NCBI GenBank assembly: GCA_030390025.1
Contig: CM059432.1
Location: 112,408,001 to 112,472,000 of the forward strand
Direction: 5' to 3'
Origin: Squalus acanthias
Lineage: Eukaryota
DNA: 64,000 nt
Under the pieces are notes generated by a model that was not told where the DNA came from, searched no databases, and was given only the letters and a program-made list of their open reading frames with translations. The position numbers and the translations under genes are program-made. Shown piece after piece: positions 38,070 through 48,592 of the stretch; the first letter of the stretch is position 1, and every line of letters starts with the position of its first letter.

Positions 38070-38337
38070 GTGAGACACTCCTTAAACCTACCTCTTTGGC
38101 CAAGCTTTGGGTCACTTGTCCACTATTTCCTTCTGTGGCTTAGCGTCAAATTTTGTTTGATAACGCTCCTGTGAAGCGCCTTGGGACCAATGTTCCCTAG
38201 CGCTCTGGTGCTCCCGCACAGCTGGCTCACCGGCTTTTAAATGGGAAAAACCTTGCACCCCAAAAAAATTAAAGGGAGCATTGCTTGGGACGTTTACTAT
38301 GTTAAAGGCTCGATATAAATGTAAGTTGTTGTTGTTA
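38070..38337 (+). mobile_element. L2 3' fragment containing a hAT MITE
   Basis: ..cctgtgaagcgccttgggac[MITE]gtttactatgttaaagg..gtaagttgttgttgtt. Confidence 0.75.
38188..38283. mobile_element. 96-bp hAT-type MITE
   Basis: TIR CAATGTTCCCT / AGGGAGCATTG. Perfect 8-bp TSD CTTGGGAC (38180-38187, 38284-38291). Confidence 0.88.
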
Positions 38338-38849
38338 GGCTGTAGTTGCCAACTGTATTATAAGCACTAAGGGCTAGAAATTCGGTTGCGTAGCACTGCT
38401 TGTTTGGGCGCTACGGGTGCCAAATGGGGTCCAAAATGATGTCCGAGCTGCGCATGCACATTTCTGGTGCGGGCTGGGCAGGATGCCATCTTGGTGAGGA
38501 TGGTAGGGCAGCCGTTAGGACCATGCGCTGAAAGAATGGTAAGTAGGCAGATCGTGCAATGCTGATTTGATGCCAGCGCTGCCATTTTCGTCATCATCGC
38601 TTGAACTAAACTTGCACAGCTGAACATGCATTCAGCAGATGAAAGGACCCCCCCACCATCGCTATTTAAAGGGATAATCAACAACTTTCAGGTAATTTTT
38701 TTTTGATTTCTATTGTCTTTGTGGAAGTGTTTGCAGCTTTCTATAGTTGTTTAAAGTTGGTCAGGTGACGGGGAGTGATGCTACAAGTGGAGAAGGCTTT
38801 GCTTCTGACTTCAAGGGTTCTGGTCAGGCCACTTGCTCCCAGTCATGGA

Positions 38850-39014
38850 CAATTTTCCCTTTAATTTTGTTTGGGTACGCGGCCCCTTTAAGTGGCTGCG
38901 CGGCACATTCACAATACCGCGCATGCGCAGTTTTTCCCATTAAAAAGCCGGTGAGGTGGCTGAGCAGGAGACCCAAAGCCGGTGAGGTGGCCGCGTAGCT
39001 TAAAGGGAACATTG
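38850..39014. mobile_element. hAT-type MITE inserted at the Harbinger transposase start
   Basis: TIR CAATTTTCCCTTTA / TAAAGGGAACATTG. Flanks GTCATGGA / GTCATAGG (6/8). Internal sequence related to 36955-37118 and 38188-38283. Confidence 0.8.
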
Positions 39015-39017
39015 GTC

Positions 39018-40114
39018 ATAGGTGCTCTAGTTGTCATCCCCCTTGGCCTGCAGCATGACAGGGAGATGGAGCAGAGGCAGCAAAGAAGAGGACAAGCTGC
39101 TCACAGAGGGAGGGGGAGGAGGGCTGTCAGCAGGAGGCCTTACCCACCTAGGGTCTTCAGAGAGCAATTCTCTTACCTCAACCTGAGCCAGGAGCAGTGT
39201 GTGGGCATCTGCACTTTACGAAGGAGGTGCTCACAGAACTCTGCCACTTCTTGCAACCAGACCTGCAGCCGCACTCTAGGGCAGGGACAGCACTGCCAGT
39301 GGCTGTGAAGGTGACCGTGGCCCTGAATTTCTTTGCATCGGGATCCTTCCAGGCTGGAGCAGGCGACGTCTGTAACATCTCCCAGTTTGTTGTCCACTGC
39401 TGCATAAGAGAGGTGACGGACGCTCTTTATGTCAGGAGAGGGAGTTCATTGTCTTCTCTCTGACCAGAGAGAAGCAGGTGGAGCGTGCACGTGGCTTTGC
39501 CAGGATCGTGGACTTCCCCATGGTGCAGGGCACTATCAACTGCACGCTCGTGGCTTTGCGGGCACCGTGTCTAAATGCTGAGATGTACTGCAACCGCAAA
39601 GGCTCCCACTCGCTGAATGTGCAGTTGGTGTGCGACCATGCTCAGCATATAATGATGGCGAATGCCTTGTATCTTGGCAGCAGTCATGATGCTTTTATGC
39701 TGCACCAGTCCGCTGTTCCCTCAGTCTTTGAGTCACCAAGACAAACCAGAGGGCGGCTACTGGGCGACAAGCGCTATCCCTTGACTACCTGGCTCATGAC
39801 TCCGCTCCACAACCCAACCACACGTGGCCAGCATGCGTAGAATGAGAGCCATGCTGCCACATGGAACATCATAGAGAAGATCATTGGGGTGCTGAAACAA
39901 CGGTTCTGCTGCCTAGACCGCTCAGGAGGAGCCCTACAGTACTCACCGGAGTGTGTGTATCCAACACAACCTCGCCATCATGAGAGAACAGCCCTTGCCA
40001 CCAGGGATAAGGCCACCAGCTCAGGAGCAGGAGGAGGAGGAAGTGGGAGGAAGGAGGCAACTCGGACAGCCCCTTTCTGGCTGGGATTGAATTATCCGCC
40101 TACAGTACCAGTGA
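39018..40114 (+). pseudogene. Harbinger DDE transposase pseudogene
   Basis: [77 protein letters not shown]. Several frameshifts. Confidence 0.9.
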
Positions 40115-41033
40115 ACACGACCCCAATTCTCCATTCAGTGTTAGTCCCATACCTTACCTTCCTTCTGTTAATGATCATTACAGCATCCTCTTGGCCACAA
40201 TGCTGAAATAAAAGCCACCACCAAGTAAACATTCCAATCGAACTATATACATCTATCCATCCAATATTACATCAAAAGATCAACTAATCACCCTTGTGCT
40301 TAGCGAGTGTCTTGCATGAGCCTTTGCCTATCCTAGTGCTCCTACGCAGTGATACCCCAGTGGCTACTGTATGGCTTTCAGTGGGGGAGACTGCAGATGG
40401 TCTTGCAGGATGCCTTCGAGGAGCTCTGGGCCTAGTAGGCCCGGCTTTGGACTGTACCATCGTGGCATGGGCAGCAGCAGTCTCGGCTGCCAAGCTGACA
40501 GGCAACAGCAAGGGCACTGTTGGAGTGGCAGTGGTGGGAGGACGAAAGCTGTCATCCTGAGAGAGGACAGCAGGTTTGTGCTCCATGGGGCCACTGCCAC
40601 TCTCCTGCCTCAGCAATCCTAGTAATCTGTTGAACAGATTGTTGGGCTGCTGTGAAACCCTGCAAGCCACTTTGAACTCTGGTATGCACAACCATGATGG
40701 CAGCAGTCTGAGTTTGCATGGCAGCAAGCTGAGCTTGCATTGCATGACAGAAGTCTGAGCCTTCACTGCAGCACCCAGGCGTTGGGTGGCTTCTGCTTGT
40801 GCTGCAATGGAAGCTGAGACATTGGCCATCAGATGGTGCATCATGGGTGGGTCCACAAGTGTGCTAATGAAGTTGGCCACCACTGCCATGCTGGAAAGGC
40901 TGGGCTCAAGCTCTGTACAAAGCCCTGTGCCAAGTTGGTGTTGGACTCTTCCATGCTCCTTGACATTGCATGCAGGCTTTCTGGCCAATGCACCTAGCAT
41001 TTCATTGTGCATACCCATCAGTCTTCTTCTGTA

Positions 41034-41158
41034 CGATAGCAAAATACTGCGGATGCTGGAAATCCGAAATAACAACAGAAAACGCTGGAAAAACTCAGCA
41101 GGCCAGGCAACATCCGTGGAGAGAGAAAGAGAGTTAACGTTTCAGGTCGAAACCCTTC
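41034..41158 (-). mobile_element. 125-bp Penelope-like pseudo-LTR fragment
   Basis: 13-bp TSD GTCTTCTTCTGTA (41021-41033, 41159-41171). Reverse-complement homologue of 45103-45195. Carries a hammerhead truncated in its CUGA core. Confidence 0.88.
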
Positions 41159-42169
41159 GTCTTCTTCTGTAGCCTGCCCCATCAAAATGATCATCTGAAA
41201 CCTCTGCAGCGACTCGTGTGCGACCTCGCCCTCCGGTGAGCTGGCACCTGTGCTACCCTTGCCCCCTGCCCTAGCTGCAGGCCACTCGTGCCCGGTGTCT
41301 CACCATGTGCAGATCCCGCCTCTATGCTATCCTTAAATTACGCACAGTGTCAGTATCTGAGCTGGTGGCTGCGAGTGTGAAGTCGAGTGATGGTGTGTCT
41401 TCATCATCACTGTCTCTTTCCTCTTCCACCTGTTGCTCTTCCACCACTACCTGGCCAGATTGCAGTTCTTGGGTATCTGAAAGGAGCAAGGCACAAGGTT
41501 AGGGTTGCGGTGCAGGGTTGGGGGGTGGGGGGGCACTGTGTTGGGGGGGAGGTGAAAGCAAGAGGTGCATGCTTACACGATCTGTAGCTTGTAAATCAGA
41601 AGAGACTATGGGATGAGGGGGATGTGAGAAGGAGGAATAGGTATGGGGATACCTTCATTTTCTATCGTTTTAACCCTGCCGCTGGCCACGGCCTCAGCGA
41701 TGGCCACTCCAATGATAGCGATTACCGTCTCCAACATGGGATGAGGTCTCACTCTAACCTACCTCCCTCTGAACTTGCAGCACTCTATTCCCTCAGATCC
41801 AACCCCGACATTGTCATTAAACCTGCTGATAAGGGTGGTGCTGTTGTCGTTTGGCGTACCGACCTCTACCTGTGGAAGCTGAACGCCAACTCTCCGACAC
41901 CTCCTCCTACCTCCACCTGGACCATGACCCCACTACCGAACATCAAGGCACCATTTCCAAGACCGTCACTGACCTCATCTCCTCTGGAGACCTTCCCCCC
42001 CCCCCCCCCCCCACGGCCGCCAACCTCATAGTTCCCCAACCCCGCACAGCCTGCTTCTACCTCCTTCCCAAGATCCACAAACAGGACTGCCCCGGTAGAC
42101 CCATCGTTTCAGCCTGTTCTTGCCCCACGGAACTTATCTCTTCCTATCTCGACTCTATTTTTTCTCCCC

Positions 42170-43633
42170 TTGTCCAGTCTCTTCCCACCTACATCCGCGA
42201 CTCGTTCCGACGCCCTCCGCCACTTTAACAGTTTCCAGTTTCCTGGCCCCAACCGCCTCCTTTTCACTATGGACGTACAATCCCTCTACACCTCCATTCC
42301 CCACCAGGATGGCCTGAGGGCGCTCCGCTTCTTCCTTGAAAAGAGGCCCAACCAGTCCCCATCTACCACCACCCTCCTCCGCCTGGCTGAACTTGTTCTC
42401 ACATTGAACAACTTCTCCTTTGACTTCACCCATTTCCTCCAAATCAAAGGTGTTGCTATGGGTACCCGCATGGGTCCTAACTATGCCTGCCTTTTCGTGG
42501 GATATGTGGAACACTCTTTGTTCGAGTCCTACTCGGGTCCCCATCCTCTCCTCTTTTTCCGGTACATTGATGACTGTATCGGTGCCGTCTCCTGCTCTCG
42601 CCCTGAACTAGAACATTTCATTCACTATCCTTCCAATTTTCACCCTTCCCTCACCTTCACATGGTCCATCTCCGACTCTTCCCTTCCCTTCCTCGACTTC
42701 TCTGTCTCCATCTCTGGGGATTGGTTATTGACTAACATTCACTACAAGCCCACTGACTCCCACAGCTACCTGGACTACACTTCCTCCCACCCCGCCTCCT
42801 GTAAGGACTCTATTCCATTCTCCCAGTTTCTCCGTCTCCGCCGCATCTGCTCTGATGATGCCACCTTCCATACCAGTGCTTCCGACATGTCATTCTTTTT
42901 CCTCAACCGAGGATTCCCCTCTACCGTGGTCGACACGGCCCTCGACCGTGTCCGTTCTGTCTCCCGCATTTCTGCCCTCACCCCTGCCCCTCCCTCCCGG
43001 AACCACGATAGAGTTCCCCTTGTCCTCACCTTTCACCCCACCAGCCTCCATATTCAACGGATCATCCTCCGCCATTTCCGCCACCTCCAGCGTGATCCCA
43101 CCACCAAATGCAACTTCCCCTCACCTCCCCTTTCAGCATTCCGCAGGGACCACTCCCTCCGTGACACCCTAGTCCACTCCTCTACCACCCCCAGCACCCC
43201 TTCTCCTTCGCCCGGCACCTTCCCGTACAAGCGCAGGAGATGCAACACATGCCCTTATACCTCCCCTCTTCCCACTGTCCAGGGCCCCAAACACCCCTTC
43301 CAGGTGAAACAGCGATTTACTTGTACTTCCTGCAATTTAGTATACTGTATTCGCTGCTCACGATGTGGTCTCCTCTACATTGGGGAGACCAAACGCAGAT
43401 TGGGTGACCGCTTTGCGGAACACCTCCGTTCAGTCCGTAAGGGGGACCCCGAGCTCCCGGTGGCCTGTCACTTTAATTCTCCGCTCCACTCCCACTCTGA
43501 CCTCACCGTCCTCGGCCTATTACACTGTTCCACGGAAGCGCAGCGTAAGCTCGAGGAACAGCACCTCCTCTTTCGTTTAGGCACCCTACAGCCTTCTGGA
43601 CTCAACATCGAGTTCAACAATTTTAGATCATAA
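42170..43633 (+). pseudogene. PLE reverse transcriptase and GIY-YIG endonuclease, longest open segment
   Basis: 487-aa ORF with YIDD and VY..YIG motifs. The upstream part is frameshifted near 41875 and 42205. Confidence 0.9.
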
Positions 43634-43868
43634 CCTCGGCCCCTATCACATTTATATTTTATTTTTTCATCCACCCTTTTGTTTAGCCCCGCCCCCTTTT
43701 TTTTCCTCCCAGAAGCTGGCAGCTGTCCTTCATTCTGCCAGTGCATTTCACACTTCATTTAGCCTCAACCTGTTACATCAAGATGTGGAGAAGCCGGCGT
43801 TGGACTGGGGTGGACAAAAATGAGAAGTCGCACAACACCAGGTTATAGTCCAACAGATTTATTTAATT

Positions 43869-43907
43869 TTACAAGCTTTCGGAGCAGTTCGCTCCTTCGT
43901 CAGGTAA
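43869..43907 (-). ncRNA. Minimal hammerhead ribozyme motif (left-arm mirror copy)
   Basis: Exact reverse complement of 44874-44912. Confidence 0.75.
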
Positions 43908-44873
43908 GTTTAGCAGTGAGAGAATCTCCCAGAATTCACAATTTAAACACAGACAAAATATATTCAAATCTTTCCCTACATCAAAGAGCATAGCCAAGAC
44001 AATGAGATGTGTCCCAGGGGGTCCAACGTGTCAAACCACCTGCTGGCTGCATATCCTGTCAATCTGTGTAGGTTCTTGTGTTAGCCTTTTTTAAAAAAAA
44101 AACACCTGGGAAGACCGGCCATGATGTCAAGTCACGTTCTGTATCGTGACATGAACCCGATATCGCGATTGAGGCCATCCTCATGAGTGCGGAACTTGGC
44201 TATCAGTTTCTGCTCTATGATTTTGCGCTGTCGTGTATCTCGAAGGCCGCCTTGGAGAACGCTTACCCGCATATCCGAGGCTGAATGCCCCTGGCTGCTG
44301 AAGTGTTCCCCGACTGGGAGGCAACCCTCCTGCCTGGCGATTGTTGCGCGGTGTCCGTTCATACGTTGTCTCAGTGTCTGAGGTACATCGGCGAGACCAT
44401 GCAGACACTGAGACAACGTATGAACGGACACCGCGCAACAATCGCCCTGCAGGAGGGTTGCCTCCCAGTCGGGGAACACTTCAGCAGCCAGGGGCATTCA
44501 GCCTCGGATATGCGGGTAAGCGTTCTCCAAGGCGGCCTTCGAGATACACGACAGCGCAAAATCATAGAGCAGAAACTGATAGCCAAGTTCCGCACTCATG
44601 AGGATGGCCTCAATCGCGATATCGGGTTCATGTCACGATACAGAACGTGACTTGACATCATGGCCGGTCTTCCCAGGTGTTTTTTTTTAAAAAAGGCTAA
44701 CACAAGAACCTACACAGATTGACAGGATATGCAGCCAGCAGGTGGTTTGACACGTTGGACCCCCTGGGACACATCTCATTGTCTTGGCTATGCTCTTTGA
44801 TGTAGGGAAAGATTTGAATATATTTTGTCTGTGTTTAAATTGTGAATTCTGGGAGATTCTCTCACTGCTAAAC

Positions 44874-44912
44874 TTACCTGACGAAGGAGCGAACTGCTCC
44901 GAAAGCTTGTAA
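44874..44912 (+). ncRNA. Minimal hammerhead ribozyme motif
   Basis: UUAC-CUGACGA-A-GGAGC-gaacu-GCUCC-GAAA-GC-UU^GUAA. Stem I UUAC/GUAA, stem II GGAGC/GCUCC, palindromic AGCU in place of stem III. Confidence 0.78.
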
Positions 44913-45094
44913 AATTAAATAAATCTGTTGGACTATAACCTGGTGTTGTGCGACTTCTCATTTCTGTTACATCAACACCTCCTCTTGCCTTGATTATCTC
45001 TTAATGTCTCTCAATGTCTCTTAATCTCTCCTTTTGTTCTTTCATCCTCTCCCCCTTTTCCCAGCTTAATCTATTTCATTTCCTGCTTTTTTCC

Positions 45095-45131
45095 AGTTCT
45101 GACGAAAGGTCTTCGACCTGAAACGTTAACT
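45095..45131 (+). ncRNA. Minimal hammerhead ribozyme motif of the outer PLE
   Basis: AGUU-CUGACGA-A-AGGUC-uuc-GACCU-GAAA-CG-UU^AACU. Stem I AGUU/AACU, stem II AGGUC/GACCU, palindromic ACGU in place of stem III. Confidence 0.78.
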
Positions 45132-46433
45132 CTGTTTCTCTTTCCATGGATGCTGCCTGGCCTGCTGAGTTTTTCCAGCGTTTTCTGTTGTTATTTGGGA
45201 TGAGGACATGCAGCCATGCCTGTCCCTTTCCGGTTAGCTCCTGCTGCCTCTGGTTATGTGCCACCTTGTCCTGCAAGAGAGAGGGAAGTGTGTCTGTGAG
45301 TGTGGTGCAGTCTGTTGGGTGATGTGGCTACCATGGTTGAATAGCTGGTAGTTTGTGCAAGCTGTCAGATGTGGGTGTGAGGCTTGCAGCAGTGCTAAGG
45401 GTGTGAGGGTGAGGTGAAGCTATGAATGTAAGGTATGAGTCCTGATTGATAGAGATTGTTAGTAGGTGAGTGATGGGGGTGTGGTGCATTGAGCAGTGGC
45501 TGAGGCTAGCGGTGCAGTTGGTGGGATATGGCATTTGAAGATTAATTCACTGACCTTGACCACTCCTGTGAGGTCATTGAACTTTTTGCAGAATTGAATC
45601 CAGGTCCTTAGGGCTTGACTCCTGGCACTGACCACCACGGCTATCTGCTCCCCCTGCCTTCGCAAAGTTTGTCAGGAGGGCCTCCTGTGGATAGCGCGCA
45701 TCTCTCCTCATCTCCTTCACCAAGGCCTCCAGTTCAGCCTCAGAAAATCTTGGAGCCCGCTCTCTCTCCTGTTGTGCCATCAGTACGTCATCTTCCAGGA
45801 TAGAATGTCTTCCACAACCACTTCCAGCGTCTGCTCCAGCCACTATGCGCCGCCCCTTTAAGAGGTGTAGGCCGGCTTTAAATAGTGCAGGCTAGCTTTA
45901 ACTGATGCTAGCCTCGAACAATCTTGGGCCCCCTGCTGAGGTGTGCAGCCAATCAACAGCCGGTTAGCGCATGCAGCAACCATTTAAATTAGCAGACAGC
46001 ACGAAGTTGGCATACTGCTTGCATCAGAAGCAATGGGCGAGGGTTAATCGCGCAACATGATCCCTGTGCTCGTTTTTGGGGGCTATCCAATTTAACCCCC
46101 ATACTATTCCAAAACTACCCATTGAGATGGTTAGAGCCTAATAATTTCTCTGCATGATATTAATATGCAAATGTTAAATGTCAATTTAAAATGGGTCTCT
46201 TTTCCCTCTGAGATTGTGGGTAGTCAAGACACAAAACTGATGAGTTCACAGTTTTAATGAGTGGGCTGGCTTCCTTCGTTGATGACACTTCTGTAGTCAG
46301 GACAGGTTTATTTGATTGCTGGGCCATTATTTCTTTGAAATTTTAATGTATAGAAGGTTGCATACCAGAGGAAGTAGACAAGTTCTGTAATGGCCATCCC
46401 AGCAGGGAATATCTGGAGAGAAAAGTATATAAT

Positions 46434-47243
46434 GGGCAGAATTTTCATTGAGCCGTGGACGCGGGTTTGGAGGCGGGACTGGATTGAAAATAGCTGAATC
46501 GGGGGTCCCGACCCCATCCCGCCCCCGACCCGCCTCCATGCCAGTTTCGCTGGAGGCGGGTACCCGACCTGTGCTCCCTGAGGCGGGAAGGGGATTAGTG
46601 GCAATAAACTGCCTGTTAACAGGTAGTTAACAGGCAGTTTTTTTGCCTAATCCCTATTTTTATGCCTGAAATGTGGGCTCTCCAACAGGTCCCAACCACG
46701 CCATTTCAGCGGGTCTGCAGGGGTTGGAGGGGTCGATATGTCCAGTGGGCAGGTGAGTGATGGGTGCATGTGTGCAGAGGTAAGTGTAAAGTGTGGGAAA
46801 AAAGTTTTACTTACCTTAACTTCCTCCTGCAGGTGTCAGCCCTTCAGGTCTCGGGAGTCAGAAATCTCACCGGCACAAAAAACAGAATGGCCGTTGAGCT
46901 GTCAAAAGCTGCAGCCTCTGCTTTTTGTTCTGCAGAGATCTCTAAATCAGCCTGAGAGGAAGGAATTAACTTAGAGTGCAGATTGTCAGTGTTTGACAGC
47001 TTCAAAGAGCTGTCAAACGCTGATATTTCATCTGTCAAAAGCTCTTGACAGATGAAATGTCAATCTGTGACGTCACCTGTTGCCGGGTGGCCCTTAATTG
47101 GCCTGCTGAGCCCACTGGGCGGGCTCAACAAGGTCAATCAAGTGAAAATACAGTGGGTTGGCCACAAGTCGATGGAGGCGGGACTACAACCCAAAAAGTG
47201 GGAGTCCCGCCTCCATCTCATCCCCAGTTTCAAAATCCAGCCC
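46434..47243. mobile_element. Harbinger-family MITE
   Basis: Ends GGGCAGAATTTTCA / TCAAAATCCAGCCC, the same end pair as 60217-63462. Flanks AAT / ATT. Confidence 0.82.
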
Positions 47244-47764
47244 ATTGTCTCTGTACGATGGGAAGAAATATTTCATCATCCATGTACAAATATTGCACTT
47301 GGGTGTCTCCGAAAGACTGTCTCTCCAAATGTTTTTCAGATTATCAGAAGTTATTTTAATTCCTCATAGACTGACTCTATTGTTTTCTTAGTTGTTGAAC
47401 CATCAGCGTCTTGTATTCTGTGTAATTATCATATACTTGTAACTGAATCTGTGTTTTATCCTGTCTGTAATGGTCTTGCAGTATGGTGTTTATCACCTTT
47501 TGGAGTAGAGAGGAGAGTGTGGCAAGCATCCTACAAGATTGGTGGTGCATTTTACCATAATTAAAGGGTAATTGTTAAGCTTTTGGTATGCTATCCCATT
47601 CACGGCATTCATAAGGATGTAGGTTTTGATTCATTGGAGATTCAGTCTGCTTAGAGAAACTGCCTTTCTACTGTGTATGTAGGTTAAAAGTATTGAAGGA
47701 AACCCGAATTGTAACAATCGCACAACATTTCTATGCTAATGTTACCTTAAATGAACCAAAATAA

Positions 47765-48592
47765 TAAGAACATAAGAACATAAGAAATAGGAGCAGGAGT
47801 AGGCCAATCGGCCCCTCGAGCCTGCTCCGCCATTCAATAAGATCATGGCTGATCTGATCCTAACCGCCAATCTACTATCTATCACAGAACCATCTCCTGC
47901 ATCTAACAGAATTGCACACACGAAATAGGAGCAGAATCAGGCTACACAGTCCCTGGGCCTGCTCCACTACCCACAGGGCCATGACCGATCCGAACCTAGA
48001 CTCATGTCCAAATTCCTGCCCGCTCCCCGTAACCCTTAATGCCCTTTACTTCTAGGAAACTGTCTATTTCTGTTTTAAATTTAATTAATGTTGTAGCTTC
48101 TACAGCTTTTTGTGGCAGCATATTCCATGGACCTACCACCCTCTGAGTGAAGTAGTTCCTCCTCATCTCAGTTTTGAAAGAGCAGCCCCTTATTCTAAGA
48201 CTATGTCCCCTAGTTCTCGTCTCACCCGTCATCGGGAACATCCTCCCCGCATCCACCCGATCCAACCCCTTCACAATCTTATATGTTTCAATAAGATCGC
48301 CTCTCATTCTTCTGAACTCCAATGAGTAGAGTCCCAATCTACCCAACCTCTCCTCATATGACCACCCCCTCATCCCCGGGATTAACCGAGTGAACCTTTT
48401 TTGCACTGCCTCGAGAGCAAGGATGTCTTTCCTTAAGTAAGGACACCAAAACTGTATGCAGTATTCCAGGTGCGGTCTCACCAATACCTTGTACAACTGA
48501 AGCAATACCTCCCTATTTTTATATTCTATCCCCCTAGCAATGAAAGCCAACATTCCATTTGCCTTCTTAATCACTTGCTGCACCTGCATGTT
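47765..48592 (-). mobile_element. CR1 LINE 3' fragment, young
   Basis: ORF 48002-48601 QVQQVIKKANGMLAFI..RPHLEYCIQFW..; tail aagaacataagaacataag. Confidence 0.92.

Larger units (their letters stand above)
43782..44963. mobile_element. Second-family Penelope-like insertion forming a long palindrome
   Basis: 12-bp TSD CTGTTACATCAA (43770-43781, 44964-44975). Arms 43818-44380 and 44402-44963 are reverse complements. Spacer plus right arm encode a GIY-YIG C-terminus (YIGETMQTLRQRMNGHR..EQKLIAKFRTHEDGLN). Confidence 0.95.
41747..45195 (+). mobile_element. Penelope-like retroelement (RT + GIY-YIG), 5'-truncated
   Basis: 10-bp TSD TGGGATGAGG (41737-41746, 45196-45205). Coding ~41747-43633 in 3 frames: IKPADKGGAVVVW, FYLLPKIHK, PGRPIVS, MDVQSLYTSIP, GVAMGTRMGP, RYIDD, LVYCIRC..LYIGETKRRLGDRFAEH. 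Confidence 0.95.
40284..45780 (-). pseudogene. Harbinger Myb/SANT-like gene, split by two PLE insertions
   Basis: MAQQERERAPRFSEAELEALV..TWIQFCKKFNDLTGVVK|gtcagt. Exon 2 DKVAHNQRQQELTG is cut by the PLE at 41747-45195. The last exon is cut at 41034-41158. Confidence 0.78.
38371..46100. mobile_element. PIF/Harbinger DNA transposon (transposase +, Myb -) hosting nested insertions
   Basis: Ends GGGCTAGAAATTCGG / CCAATTTAACCCCC. Collinear with 28464-31473 and 24524-28335 once the hAT MITE and PLE inserts are removed. Confidence 0.88.

Noticed and set aside
41130..41161. Fifth complete hammerhead
   Set aside because: The first two core nucleotides (CU) and the 5' strand of stem I are missing, so it cannot fold as a hammerhead.
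44132..44650. Two mirror 121-aa ORFs as a novel gene pair
   Set aside because: Both are read-through products of the palindrome. Only the C-terminal part is real GIY-YIG sequence.
43818..44963. Palindrome as an assembly fold-back artefact
   Set aside because: It has a 12-bp TSD, a unique in-frame 21-nt spacer, an asymmetric 36-nt tail and small arm differences, and the host PLE resumes afterwards. These favour a real insertion, though reads were not available to confirm.
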